64,000 nt of DNA, from assembly GCA_001643675.2 (NCBI GenBank), contig LSRY02000015.1:1674001-1738000 (forward strand). Reading direction: 5' to 3'. Position 1 is the first letter of the stretch, and each line of letters opens with the position of its first letter. The translations under genes were made by a program, and so were the position numbers. The notes below the pieces were generated by a model. It was not told the origin of the DNA, did not search any database, and was given only the letters and a program-made list of their open reading frames with translations. Positions 49,908-59,105 of this stretch are shown in pieces. The DNA is from Monocercomonoides exilis PA203 (lineage: Eukaryota > Protista > Preaxostyla).

Positions 49908-51956
49908 ATGCTTGCTTTATTTATTGCATTAACAATAATTTCAAAAGGGAGTAGTGAATCTGATGCAATAACACTTTTTGTAGATGTTACTGGAAACGAT
50001 GACGGAGACTGCCAATCTTTAACATCTCCATGCAAAACTTTATTTTACGCAGTAAGCATTTCACAATTGGATATGATTTATAAAATTAATATGAGCACGG
50101 GAACGTTTTGCGAGCAAAGTTGCAGAATGGAGAATGCATCATTCAATATTTCTGGATGTCATTGGTGTAATATGTCGAGAGTTACACCAAAAAACATTTC
50201 ACAAAATGAGTTATTGAGTGTTAAAAATTGCGTATTGGAGATTTTCGATATGTTTGTTTTAACCCTGAATGAATATCCGGATGAGTTTTGTTTAATGCGT
50301 GTGGCTTCATCAAATTTTAAAGTTAGAAGCCTGGTCTTTAATCAAACTGGAGCTTCAACACAAGGCAGATTTTCGACTCCACTTTTTGCATGTGTGGATT
50401 CAAAGGGAGAATTTATTAACTGCATTATTATCGATAGATTAATTTACGAGATCAAATTAGAGGCGGAATGCAAAGAGATGTGTGAATGGAATTACGGACT
50501 TTTAAATTTTAGTTCTTCAGAAGTTTTGTTAAGCGGTTGTGTTTTTGATTCAACAAGCAATGGATCAATTTTTGCATATAAGTCAAATGTAACATTGACC
50601 AAACCATATTTTTCACGCTTATCACCTCTATTTAAGGGATTTGAGTCAATGAAAAGAAACTTTAGGTGCGTAGGTGGAGGAAAGCTAACAACTAATGATG
50701 CGAAGACCGATGAGCATAATCATACTTCGCTGTGGTTTGATACAAAAGAATGCCAAGTTGAAGGAGCAGACATATCACGAAATGGAACATATCCTTTTTA
50801 CAAGCCTGAAGTGACAACCGGGCTAGTGAACGTTTCATTTCGTAATAATTTAACTTCTGAACTTTCTAGCAATGGAACAAAACATTATGACGTAACTCTG
50901 AAGGGAAGACATTTGGAAAAATGCGATCTTGAAATATTCTATTATTCAGGCTATAATAAAGATCTTCCAACATTTGAAATACCAAGAATTTTGGAGCATA
51001 AATCAGAAACGCAGCTAACATTTACAGTCGCTGCCTCAAATGTCTCGAAAACAGGGTCAAAGATTTTATTACGTTTGGCCTTTCCATTTATGAAATCATA
51101 TGGTATTTTGGGAAATGAACTTTCTTACGCAAAGCCTGATTGGGACGGTCCTGAACCTGAACCTGAACCTGAACCTGAACCAGATCCTGAACCCGAGCCA
51201 GAACCAGAACCAGAGCCAGAACCAGAACCAGAGCCAGAACCAGAACCCAAGCCGACTCCAACACCAACGCCTTCACCTCCTCCATCCCCGTCTAATAATG
51301 GTTCACATTCAAGCTCTGTGAAAGTGAGTTCAGTTTACTGGGTATTTATCTTAATTTACTCATTGTGCGCAGTTTGTGGAATGGTTGTGTTTGTTTGTAT
51401 AGTTGTGTGCGTTGTGAAAGCATGCAGAAAGTCGAGCAGACGATCTCAATATGTGAATACGGATGGAGTAATAAATGCAAACGATGCCTTGCATGGAGTT
51501 CAGCCTGTACCGTTTTCCGAAGGCAACAGAAACGTTGCTGCACCCACAAATGTTGAGATGATTAGCATGCCACCTGGACAGAAAGGATTTCATATGGCCA
51601 TACCGCAGCAGATGGCAATGCCTCAGTATGCGTTTCCTGGTGCATCTCAGGTTGTTGCATCAACCATCATTTTGCCTCCTCCTCCTCCATCTCATGCTAT
51701 TCAAATTGGGAACCAAGAAAACCAGGTCCAGTTATCCCAGCCGCAACAGCAGACTCAGCTGCCACCGCAACCTCAACAACCACAGCTTCCTCAGCAACTC
51801 CAACAATTACCGCTAAATATACCCATGAATAAAATGTATGTTTGCTCATATCCTCCAATGCAAGGAACGAACCCCAGATACTATCTTCCAGGTCCAATTT
51901 CTTTACCTCAGCCAATTTGTCAAATTCAAATGCAGAATCCAAATGATAGTTATTAA
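49908..51956 (+). CDS. Short type-I membrane protein of the same surface family with (EP)n stalk and Pro/Gln-rich cytoplasmic tail
   Basis: Signal peptide MLALFIALTIISKGSS. FVDVTGNDDGDC..SPCKTL. MCEW...FESMKRNFRC...SLWF...C...PFYKP...GRHLEKCD. (EP)n stalk, TM VYWVFILIYSLCAVCGMVVFVCIVVCVV. Confidence 0.88.
   Translation: MLALFIALTIISKGSSESDAITLFVDVTGNDDGDCQSLTSPCKTLFYAVSISQLDMIYKINMSTGTFCEQSCRMENASFNISGCHWCNMSRVTPKNISQNELLSVKNCVLEIFDMFVLTLNEYPDEFCLMRVASSNFKVRSLVFNQTGASTQGRFSTPLFACVDSKGEFINCIIIDRLIYEIKLEAECKEMCEWNYGLLNFSSSEVLLSGCVFDSTSNGSIFAYKSNVTLTKPYFSRLSPLFKGFESMKRNFRCVGGGKLTTNDAKTDEHNHTSLWFDTKECQVEGADISRNGTYPFYKPEVTTGLVNVSFRNNLTSELSSNGTKHYDVTLKGRHLEKCDLEIFYYSGYNKDLPTFEIPRILEHKSETQLTFTVAASNVSKTGSKILLRLAFPFMKSYGILGNELSYAKPDWDGPEPEPEPEPEPDPEPEPEPEPEPEPEPEPEPEPKPTPTPTPSPPPSPSNNGSHSSSVKVSSVYWVFILIYSLCAVCGMVVFVCIVVCVVKACRKSSRRSQYVNTDGVINANDALHGVQPVPFSEGNRNVAAPTNVEMISMPPGQKGFHMAIPQQMAMPQYAFPGASQVVASTIILPPPPPSHAIQIGNQENQVQLSQPQQQTQLPPQPQQPQLPQQLQQLPLNIPMNKMYVCSYPPMQGTNPRYYLPGPISLPQPICQIQMQNPNDSY
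51150..51250 (+). repeat. Coding hexamer repeat (CCWGAR)n encoding an (EP)n stalk
   Basis: cctgaacctgaa...ccagaaccagag run inside the 49908-51956 ORF. Confidence 0.9.
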
Positions 51957-53063
51957 GTTAGATTCAAGTTTTTGTTGTTAATCAGTGAAGAAAAATTGTC
52001 AATCTGCCAATACTTTTTGTATTGGTTTATAATTTTGTTTTATTATTTATGAAATTAATATTTCCTTTTCAATTCTCGAAAAGTATTTTGAAATTTTCTC
52101 TGAATTAATTTGTATTTTCAGTTTTGTTTTTTCATTATCATTAGCTGTGCTTATTTTCTACATAAGTGTTAATTGAGCGATTAATTTGTTTTTAATTTTT
52201 TGCAGCAAAATTGGTAAATTGGCACTTTATGTGCTCTTTGTTATCTAGTAATATAATTGAAAATTTTGTTTTAATAATAAATATTTGAAAACCAAAATTA
52301 TTAGAACTCAAGCATGCTGAGCATTTTCAAAAATAATAATAATTGTAATAATTATAAAGTTAAAAATAAACATGAATATAACAGTGCAAATCCTTGTTTT
52401 CTCTTTTTTTTTATTTCATTTTCAATATGCCTTTCATTATGGAAATGATGTTTAATTTGCTCAATACCAATTAGAAATAAAATGAAAACCTGATTTCATC
52501 ACATGAGTGATAATTTTTTTTCAAAACCAACAACACCAAAAAATTTTGGTTCGAAAAAAAGAAATTCGTTTTCGGAATAAATAATTTCAAAATCGATAAT
52601 TAATCACACAATTTCGAAACGATGAAAATTTTGATTATAAGAATAATTTGCATCGTGTGATTCACATGCACATTTTTATTTGTGTTCAGACAACTTTTAT
52701 TTCACTATATGGGGGAAAATACGGACTTTCAAGATTTTTATGCACAAAGCAAGAAAAAATTGTTTATCTAATAACATTTTTAAACTTAACCAGATTTCAA
52801 AATAAATTTGATTTTCATATCTGCAAGCAAATATCATTGATATAATAACATCATGCTGTGTGACATTACATGTATTTCAAAAAATAAACCTATTTTTTTC
52901 AAATTTTTTTATCACAAAAATATCATTTAAAGTGTAAAATTTTTCTATGAAAATGCCTGAAGTCAAATATTTTGTCCCATATTTTTTTTATTTTTTGGAT
53001 TTTTCAATTTGAAAGTTATAAGAAAGAAACAAGCGACATTGAACTTATTTTTTTAGTTTTTTG

Positions 53064-53327
53064 ATATGGGCGATTATTTTTGAAAACATAACTTTTTTCG
53101 AAGTGTTTATTTTTCGAAGGTTGTTTGTTTCTGGGAAGAGATTTGGTTTCAAAATGCAAAAAATTATCAGAACTATTTCGAAGACAAATATTTAATCTGA
53201 ATAAAAAACGATGATATTTTTTATAATCCTTTTCTCTGTTCACTGTTATTTTTATGAAATTCAAGAAAAATTTATGAACCGAAATATTTGAAGGAAAAAA
53301 TATGATTTCAAAAATAATCTCCCATAT
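53064..53327. mobile_element. MITE family A copy 2 (256 bp GGG...CCC)
   Basis: atatgggcgattatttttgaaaacataacttttttcg...gaaaaaatatgatttcaaaaataatctcccatat. Termini and subterminal sequence match 26873-27137. Confidence 0.85.
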
Positions 53328-54613
53328 TCATGAAATGAAAAATATTGACTATCATATTAAACAGTAATTTTTAATGCATTATTTACAAAGAAAAATTAAA
53401 AAAATATTATTTCATGAAAACTTCAAAATTTCGTTATTCAAAAGAAATGATTAAACAGTTATCAATTTCAGATCAAATATTTTTTGTGGTGTGAATGACA
53501 TTTTTTTGTTATTAATAAAAATCATAACAAATTAATGTTCAAACAATCTTCAAAAAACCACATTGTTTTTTCATTTTTAAGTTTTATCATGAATTATTGT
53601 TTGATGCTTTTAAAAAATTTCATCACATCATTTTTTTATATCCATCATCATAAAATGGAAAAAAAATTTCAAAAATTATTTTCGTAATCTTATTATTATT
53701 TTTCGAAAATGAATTATTTTATTTCGAATAAGTATTATTTGTGGTGTATTTCTAAGAAAAATTTCTTTGAAAAATTTGTGACATTGAACCAAATGACTGA
53801 CACATCAATGGAACATCCTTTTTAAGTTTTTCAACGTTTTTTAATTTGAAACGATTTCTTCAACAATTATTGCAACAAGTTTGACAGTTTCACAGAAATA
53901 AACACATTTATGAGACATTTTCTTGTTATTATCCGAAGTTGAAGACAATTTGTTTTTCTGAAAGACATTCAAAAGCATAATGCGCTTTTTGCGTGAAGCT
54001 TCTGTTATTTAAAATAAAAACGAATCAAAATTCTTTTGTGATGAATTTTTCGAAAAAAAATTCATTTTGACATCGACTATTTTTACCTATCGAAGACATT
54101 TGCAAATGGAAAAACAGTTATTCTTTTGTATGTTTGTTTTTTATTTGTAAAATGAATTAAAAATGAGTTGGCTTCCATTCATTTATCCCTTCATATCTTC
54201 TTTCTCGTTCTTTGTTCGCTTTCAATTTCGAAATATTTGGTCAAATTTTTATTTTTAATTCAGTTATCGAAATTGATTATTTTTTTGTAATTAAAAGTGA
54301 TGATGCGCAAATAATATTCATGCTTGCCATATCACATATGTGGAAACGATCTTCAAAACAGTGAACTTTTATATTCATATTCGTTCATTTCAAACATATT
54401 TGAATGTGATTGAATATTTCGAAAGGAATAGTAAAGAAAATTGGTTTTTGAACAAGTGCGGATTTGTGCGCCAATTTGAAAATAACCTTTTCTTTTCTTT
54501 TTCTTTTTTTGATACAAACCATCGAGAAAACTGAAATTGTGATAAAATCCATTTCTTAAAGAAATAATGAAGGTCATGTGATTGAATCCTATTTTAATTA
54601 AATATGTATTTTT

Positions 54614-54689
54614 ATTAAAAAAGAAAGTGGAGAATCAATTCCTTCTCTTTTTGAGAGACGCCACAATCTATGGGTCAGTCACCCATTTG
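54614..54689 (-). repeat. DIRS right ITR with 3' extension
   Basis: 54634-54679 is the reverse complement of 59118-59163. 54614-54650 is the reverse complement of ICR segment 54823-54859. Confidence 0.92.
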
Positions 54690-54822
54690 TGTGTTTTGGT
54701 GAATTGGATAAAAAACCGCTTTGCGCTTATAAAACCAAAAAGCGCAAAGAGAAGGAACAACAAAAACATCAACAGTTTTGAAAACAGAACTTCAAAGGGT
54801 GGGAGTGAAAACGGTGGTGGGC

Positions 54823-54923
54823 AAAGAGAAGGAATTGATTCTCCACTTTCTTTTTTAATTAAAGTGCATAAGCACCTTAATTATCAAGAAAGTGTTTCAT
54901 CAATTCCTTCTCTTTTTGAGAGA
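54823..54923 (-). repeat. DIRS internal complementary region (ICR)
   Basis: 54854-54923 (70 bp) is the exact reverse complement of the element 5' end 59139-59208. 54823-54859 (37 bp) is the reverse complement of the 3' end. The two parts abut and reproduce the circle junction. Confidence 0.93.
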
Positions 54924-54928
54924 ATCAA

Positions 54929-57811
54929 TTAGTTGGATGATGAAGCCATCATTACTACCACAGTGTGCGTCTTCTTTGCGTTGTTGCTCTCTTCCTCCTT
55001 TTTTGCTTGTGATCTTGTTCGAATAATGAATTGTTCTCCAAGTGACTTCTGTTCCTCCATCTCCTCATCAGGCTCGTCTACTCTAGAAGGGAATTCAACA
55101 GAATTTTTAGCTTCTTCCTCACTCAAACCTGGCTTCATCAGGCGCTTCTTATCCCTCAGTACCATCCCAGATTCCATTTCTCGTCTCTCCTTTTTGTTCT
55201 TCTGGTCTCTGTCTGGTCTGATGCACATCTTGACACCATTTTCTGCACCCGGATTGTTTGCTAACTCTTCACTGGGAACATTCATAGTTGAGGCAATCAC
55301 TTTCCCCAAGGTTGAAGCAAGATTGGCCTTCACATAATGCTTCACCAAAGTGTCTGTTCTAGGGGAAAGACGGGCAAACTTCGCAATCTGAGTTGGTGGA
55401 ATTCCAGACATCGTTAGCGTTGAAAGCGTTGCAGCCTTTATTGAATAAGGAGTGAAATGGCCTGGAATTCCTGCTTCCTTCAACGTCTCCTTTGTTAATC
55501 GTCTAATACCTTTCACTGTAAGAGGATGAAAAGTCTCGGTATTTAAAAACAATTTATTTCCATCTGGTTTTTTTTTCTTTATCTCTTCCCACAAAACTTG
55601 AATAGCCGAAGCTGGGCAAATTGTCGGGTTTTCATTTAAAAAAGGAACTGCAATCTCTGTTCGATTAAGCGATGTTTTTAGCCTTGTGTCTAGATATATT
55701 CCTTCCTGCTCGAATCTGGATCGTTCCATATCTACTCTTTCCAACTCTGTAAACCTGCACGCAGTGAATAACATGGTGAGCACAATGGCTTTCATTGTCA
55801 GATGTTTGAAACTCAAGCTTTGATTTTCTCCAAGATTAGAAAAGAATGTCAGAATGGTCTTCGGATTCCAAATTTCTTGGACCTTCTTTTTTCTTGACTT
55901 CTCTGTTCTTCTAAACACTCTAAACAATATTTTTATTATCGGAATATCCCCTAAATTTGTGTTGTAAACCAAGCTTGTGAAAAATGAAACTGCTGAGCGG
56001 ATGAGCTGCAAACATGACAGCTTCATTCCATTGTCTCTAAGGGTAATAAATATACTGGAACATCGAGCTGCCCACTCGTGAATATCCTCTGGAATTATGC
56101 CCATATCACTCTTCTCCCACTGTTCTCCAAAATGCGCGAAGCCGAATAAATATCCATCCCACGTCGACTGAGCAATTCCCGATATGCACTCCTCTGCCAA
56201 TGAAACTGGGAAAGATCTTTCTTCCAACGCCCTTCTCCACCAGCTCTCGCCTTTAACTCTGGTGGATTGATCAATATGACTCTTAACCGGCCTGGAGGAA
56301 GACATGCACCTGTGCTTGCCATTGATGGACCCTTTCTCAGTACTGTTCTCAGACTCCTCCATTCGAATGTCCGAAGAGGCGTCTTCTCCAATAGCACATC
56401 CCAGTTCTGCCCCTTCCAGTTCGGCAGGAGTAATACTACTGGTACTCTCTCCTTCTGTGCCTTCCGAATCGTCATTGGTATCAGGGGAACTGGGGGGTGT
56501 GCAAGAACGCACTCGTTCTTCCATGGATATGCTAGACCGTCTTCTCCCAATGGGCTTCCAATTCCGCACCAACGATCGACCTTGTGGTTGTGTTGAGCTG
56601 CAAAGGCGTCCAGCGTAGGAGTAACTTGAAGAACAGACAAGATTTCTTTGAGCTCGCTGTCTGCAATGCTGTAGTCTCCTGCTCTTTCCAGCCGGGACAA
56701 AGCATCGGCTCTTGTGTTTCGCAATCCGGGGAGATGAACTGCTCTCAGGACTATCTTCAGTTTCTCCTTCAATGTCCATATCCTTTTGAGTGTTTGACGG
56801 AGATTCCTTCCTGCATTCCATCTGTTCACGTTGAAAACGACTGCCGAGTTGTCTGAACGAAGTTGCAACTGTGAAATCCGATTCTCTGCTAGGATTGGTG
56901 CAAAATATGTTAGGGCAAGTTCCACAGCTTTTAGTTCTCTGAAGTTGGATGATCGGTTTTTCACAGCGAATGGAAAACGACTGTGACAATCTAGTGACAT
57001 TCTGTTTAGTCTGAGGGTTGCTCCCCAGGAGCTTTCTGATGCATCTGTGGTTAGCACTGCTTCTGGAATAAACATTGGATTTTATCTGCGTCTGGGGTTC
57101 TTCCTCAATGTCCATCTCCATCTTCTTATCTGCAGGAGGATTGACGCATTCAGCTTCATCATTCCATCCCATCCGTTTGTTAAAACTCCTTTCTGCAACA
57201 ATTTGAAGATTGGTTGGAGGTACAAAGATGCGTCTGGCAGAACGAAGCGTGTAGAACTGAGCTTTCCCACGAATGATGCGAAATCCTTCACTCTGACAGT
57301 CTTGGCTCTTATGCACCTTCTCTCCCACTTGTGACACAGCTCTCGCGCTGCCTTTCTTCTTTCCTTCGTTAGACACACATCGAAGCTGGTTGTATTCCAT
57401 TCGAATCCAAGGAAGCTGAACTGCGAACTCAGTATGAGGTTGCACTTCTTCTTGTTTATCAGCAGACCAAGGCTTTCCAAAAATACGATTATCTCCTGTA
57501 TTATGTTCTTCAAGATTTGCTGATCTTGATACAGAAAAAGTTGGTCGTCCAAATAGGCAATGACTCTGACATCCCATCTCCTTCTTATCTCCGCTGTCAC
57601 CTTCCTCATAATATGTGTGAACAGACGCGGTGCATCTACAAAGCCGAAAGGCATGCCTTTGAAGGAGTAGTCTTTTCCCATGAATCTGAAAGCAAGATAG
57701 GGAATTAGTTCTCTTGAAACTGGAATTAAATAATAAGCTTGTTCCAAGTCTAGGGATACTGCGTAATCTTTCCGTCTTATTAGCCGTTCTACTGTTTTTT
57801 CTCCGTCTCAC
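54929..57811 (-). CDS. DIRS tyrosine recombinase ORF (YR domain in the C-terminal part; long N-terminal part overlaps RT/RH/MT in another frame)
   Basis: AQSTWDGY (core-binding helix), IWNPKTIL, LTMKAIVLTMLFTACRFTEL (catalytic Arg), RLKT, ICPASAI, TPYSIKAAT, ARLS...VKHY (catalytic Tyr). Confidence 0.9.
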   Translation of the reverse strand: MRRRKNSRTANKTERLRSIPRLGTSLLFNSSFKRTNSLSCFQIHGKRLLLQRHAFRLCRCTASVHTYYEEGDSGDKKEMGCQSHCLFGRPTFSVSRSANLEEHNTGDNRIFGKPWSADKQEEVQPHTEFAVQLPWIRMEYNQLRCVSNEGKKKGSARAVSQVGEKVHKSQDCQSEGFRIIRGKAQFYTLRSARRIFVPPTNLQIVAERSFNKRMGWNDEAECVNPPADKKMEMDIEEEPQTQIKSNVYSRSSANHRCIRKLLGSNPQTKQNVTRLSQSFSIRCEKPIIQLQRTKSCGTCPNIFCTNPSRESDFTVATSFRQLGSRFQREQMECRKESPSNTQKDMDIEGETEDSPESSSSPRIAKHKSRCFVPAGKSRRLQHCRQRAQRNLVCSSSYSYAGRLCSSTQPQGRSLVRNWKPIGRRRSSISMEERVRSCTPPSSPDTNDDSEGTEGESTSSITPAELEGAELGCAIGEDASSDIRMEESENSTEKGSINGKHRCMSSSRPVKSHIDQSTRVKGESWWRRALEERSFPVSLAEECISGIAQSTWDGYLFGFAHFGEQWEKSDMGIIPEDIHEWAARCSSIFITLRDNGMKLSCLQLIRSAVSFFTSLVYNTNLGDIPIIKILFRVFRRTEKSRKKKVQEIWNPKTILTFFSNLGENQSLSFKHLTMKAIVLTMLFTACRFTELERVDMERSRFEQEGIYLDTRLKTSLNRTEIAVPFLNENPTICPASAIQVLWEEIKKKKPDGNKLFLNTETFHPLTVKGIRRLTKETLKEAGIPGHFTPYSIKAATLSTLTMSGIPPTQIAKFARLSPRTDTLVKHYVKANLASTLGKVIASTMNVPSEELANNPGAENGVKMCIRPDRDQKNKKERREMESGMVLRDKKRLMKPGLSEEEAKNSVEFPSRVDEPDEEMEEQKSLGEQFIIRTRSQAKKEEESNNAKKTHTVVVMMASSSN

Positions 57812-58329
57812 TTGAAATGTGTTCTCTTCACTGCTGCGTTTAGTTTCCGACTATCGAGAATTTGTCTCCAGCTGCCTGACTTCTTTTGAATGAGGAATAC
57901 ATTGTTTCTGTATTTCACATCCTTCTGCTCCATTGGGATAACAACTCCTGTTCGTAACTGTTCTTCCAATATTTTCTTGAATTCCTCGATCTTTTGTTGG
58001 TTGAGAAGACACGCTCCATCTTTGAACTGGGCTCTGCTGAGAGCTTTCCTGGACTGCTTGCTTTTCCACATGGCCTGCACTCCATTGCTTATCAATTTCT
58101 CTCCTCCGATTCGCTTCCATGCTGAGAGAAACAAAGCGGTTCTCCCTCCAATGTGCCTCCTCTGCTCTGTTTCCTTGTGAACTGGACCTAAAATTGTTGA
58201 CGCACCCCTGGTCTCCTGCTCCAACTGCTCTGGTTCCTCCTTCTTCCGAATTGATGTCTTCTTGTGGGGGCTGAGGACCGGGGGTATCTCCGAAAAAACC
58301 GTGTATTTGTGTGAGAAATGGGATAACAA
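56095..58329 (-). pseudogene. DIRS pol: reverse transcriptase - RNase H - N6-adenine methyltransferase-like domain in one frame, with in-frame stops at 57808-57810 (TGA) and 57082-57084 (TAA)
   Basis: HIGGR...W, VFLIQKKSGSWRQILD, HFK*, SLDLEQAYY, MPFG..DAPRLF, YLDD, FLGFEW. RNase H: TTDAS, SSNFRELKAV, RSDN, HLPGLRNTRADALSR. MT: LDAFA, DGLAYPW, HPPVPLI, PNW..QNW. The three listed ORFs share a frame. Confidence 0.92.
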
Positions 58330-59102
58330 AATCTTCTTTGAAGTGTTCCTGGTTGTTCTCTAACAGGAGCCTGAACACGTGTAATAGGAAGTGCCGGTCT
58401 CTGGAAGCCTCTCTCTAGCTTGGCTTCCTGCCTTGTTTCTTTGAGAATCAGTTCCTGTCTCTCTGTGAGAATTCCCGTTGAAGCGTCTGTGCTCATCGCT
58501 GTGGCAGCCCTGAAACCAAACCTGCCTTGAATTCGAACCGTTCGTGCCTCTTGAAGAGCCCTGGTAATCATTATCAAGATGTCAGCTAGCCTTTGTTTTG
58601 CACCTTCACTTGAAGTCGGTATCTCGGCTAAACCTATGAGCGCAGCTTTTATCGCCTGGAAAAGAAAAATCTCCACCTTGTAACCCGCCTGATCTAATGC
58701 GTCGTTAATCCAGTTTTCTGTTCTCTTGGCAGTGGGCGGTTCAAGCGATAACAACGGGCTAAAATCCTGTGTCTTGTACTCCTCAACAACATCTTGAACG
58801 GATCTTGGGGAAATCCTTAGATCAAAAATTGAAATATTCGGCGTTTGTCCGAAAATATCCTCAAACTCCTGACAAATAAGTTGGGATATGTCTAACACAT
58901 CATCATTCTCCTTTCTGTCAGCTGAAGGGGTCAACTCCTGTGTTAAACCTTCCGATGAAGAAGGTGAAAAAATTGAAGAGGAAGAAAAGATGTTAGGTTG
59001 TGACAAGGTCCCTGGTTGGCTTTGCGCCCCACTGTGCTGCATTGCAGAATCAGCCGACGGCGTAAGTCCAACAATCGGAGGGAATTGCGAAGCAGACATC
59101 AT
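58188..59102 (-). CDS. DIRS ORF1 (gag-like) with Arg-rich C-terminus
   Basis: 304-aa ORF starting immediately inside the left ITR and upstream of pol. Assignment is positional. Confidence 0.75.
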   Translation of the reverse strand: MMSASQFPPIVGLTPSADSAMQHSGAQSQPGTLSQPNIFSSSSIFSPSSSEGLTQELTPSADRKENDDVLDISQLICQEFEDIFGQTPNISIFDLRISPRSVQDVVEEYKTQDFSPLLSLEPPTAKRTENWINDALDQAGYKVEIFLFQAIKAALIGLAEIPTSSEGAKQRLADILIMITRALQEARTVRIQGRFGFRAATAMSTDASTGILTERQELILKETRQEAKLERGFQRPALPITRVQAPVREQPGTLQRRFCYPISHTNTRFFRRYPRSSAPTRRHQFGRRRNQSSWSRRPGVRQQF

Positions 59103-59105
59103 TGA

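Noticed and set aside
54634-54923. CRISPR-like short repeats with spacers (aaagagaaggaattgat boxes)
   Set aside because: The repeats are in mixed orientation, irregularly spaced, and fully explained by the DIRS ITR/ICR structure. No cas genes, and the context is eukaryotic.
54582-54932. 116-aa plus-strand ORF across the DIRS right end
   Set aside because: It spans host flank, ITR and ICR non-coding repeats and has no protein features.
57082-57810. Alternative genetic code (TAA=Gln, or TGA=Trp/Sec) to explain the pol stops
   Set aside because: Host genes here end in TAA, TAG and (in short exon read-through frames) TGA, and long ORFs contain no internal stops. Two different stop types in one TE copy fit mutation better.
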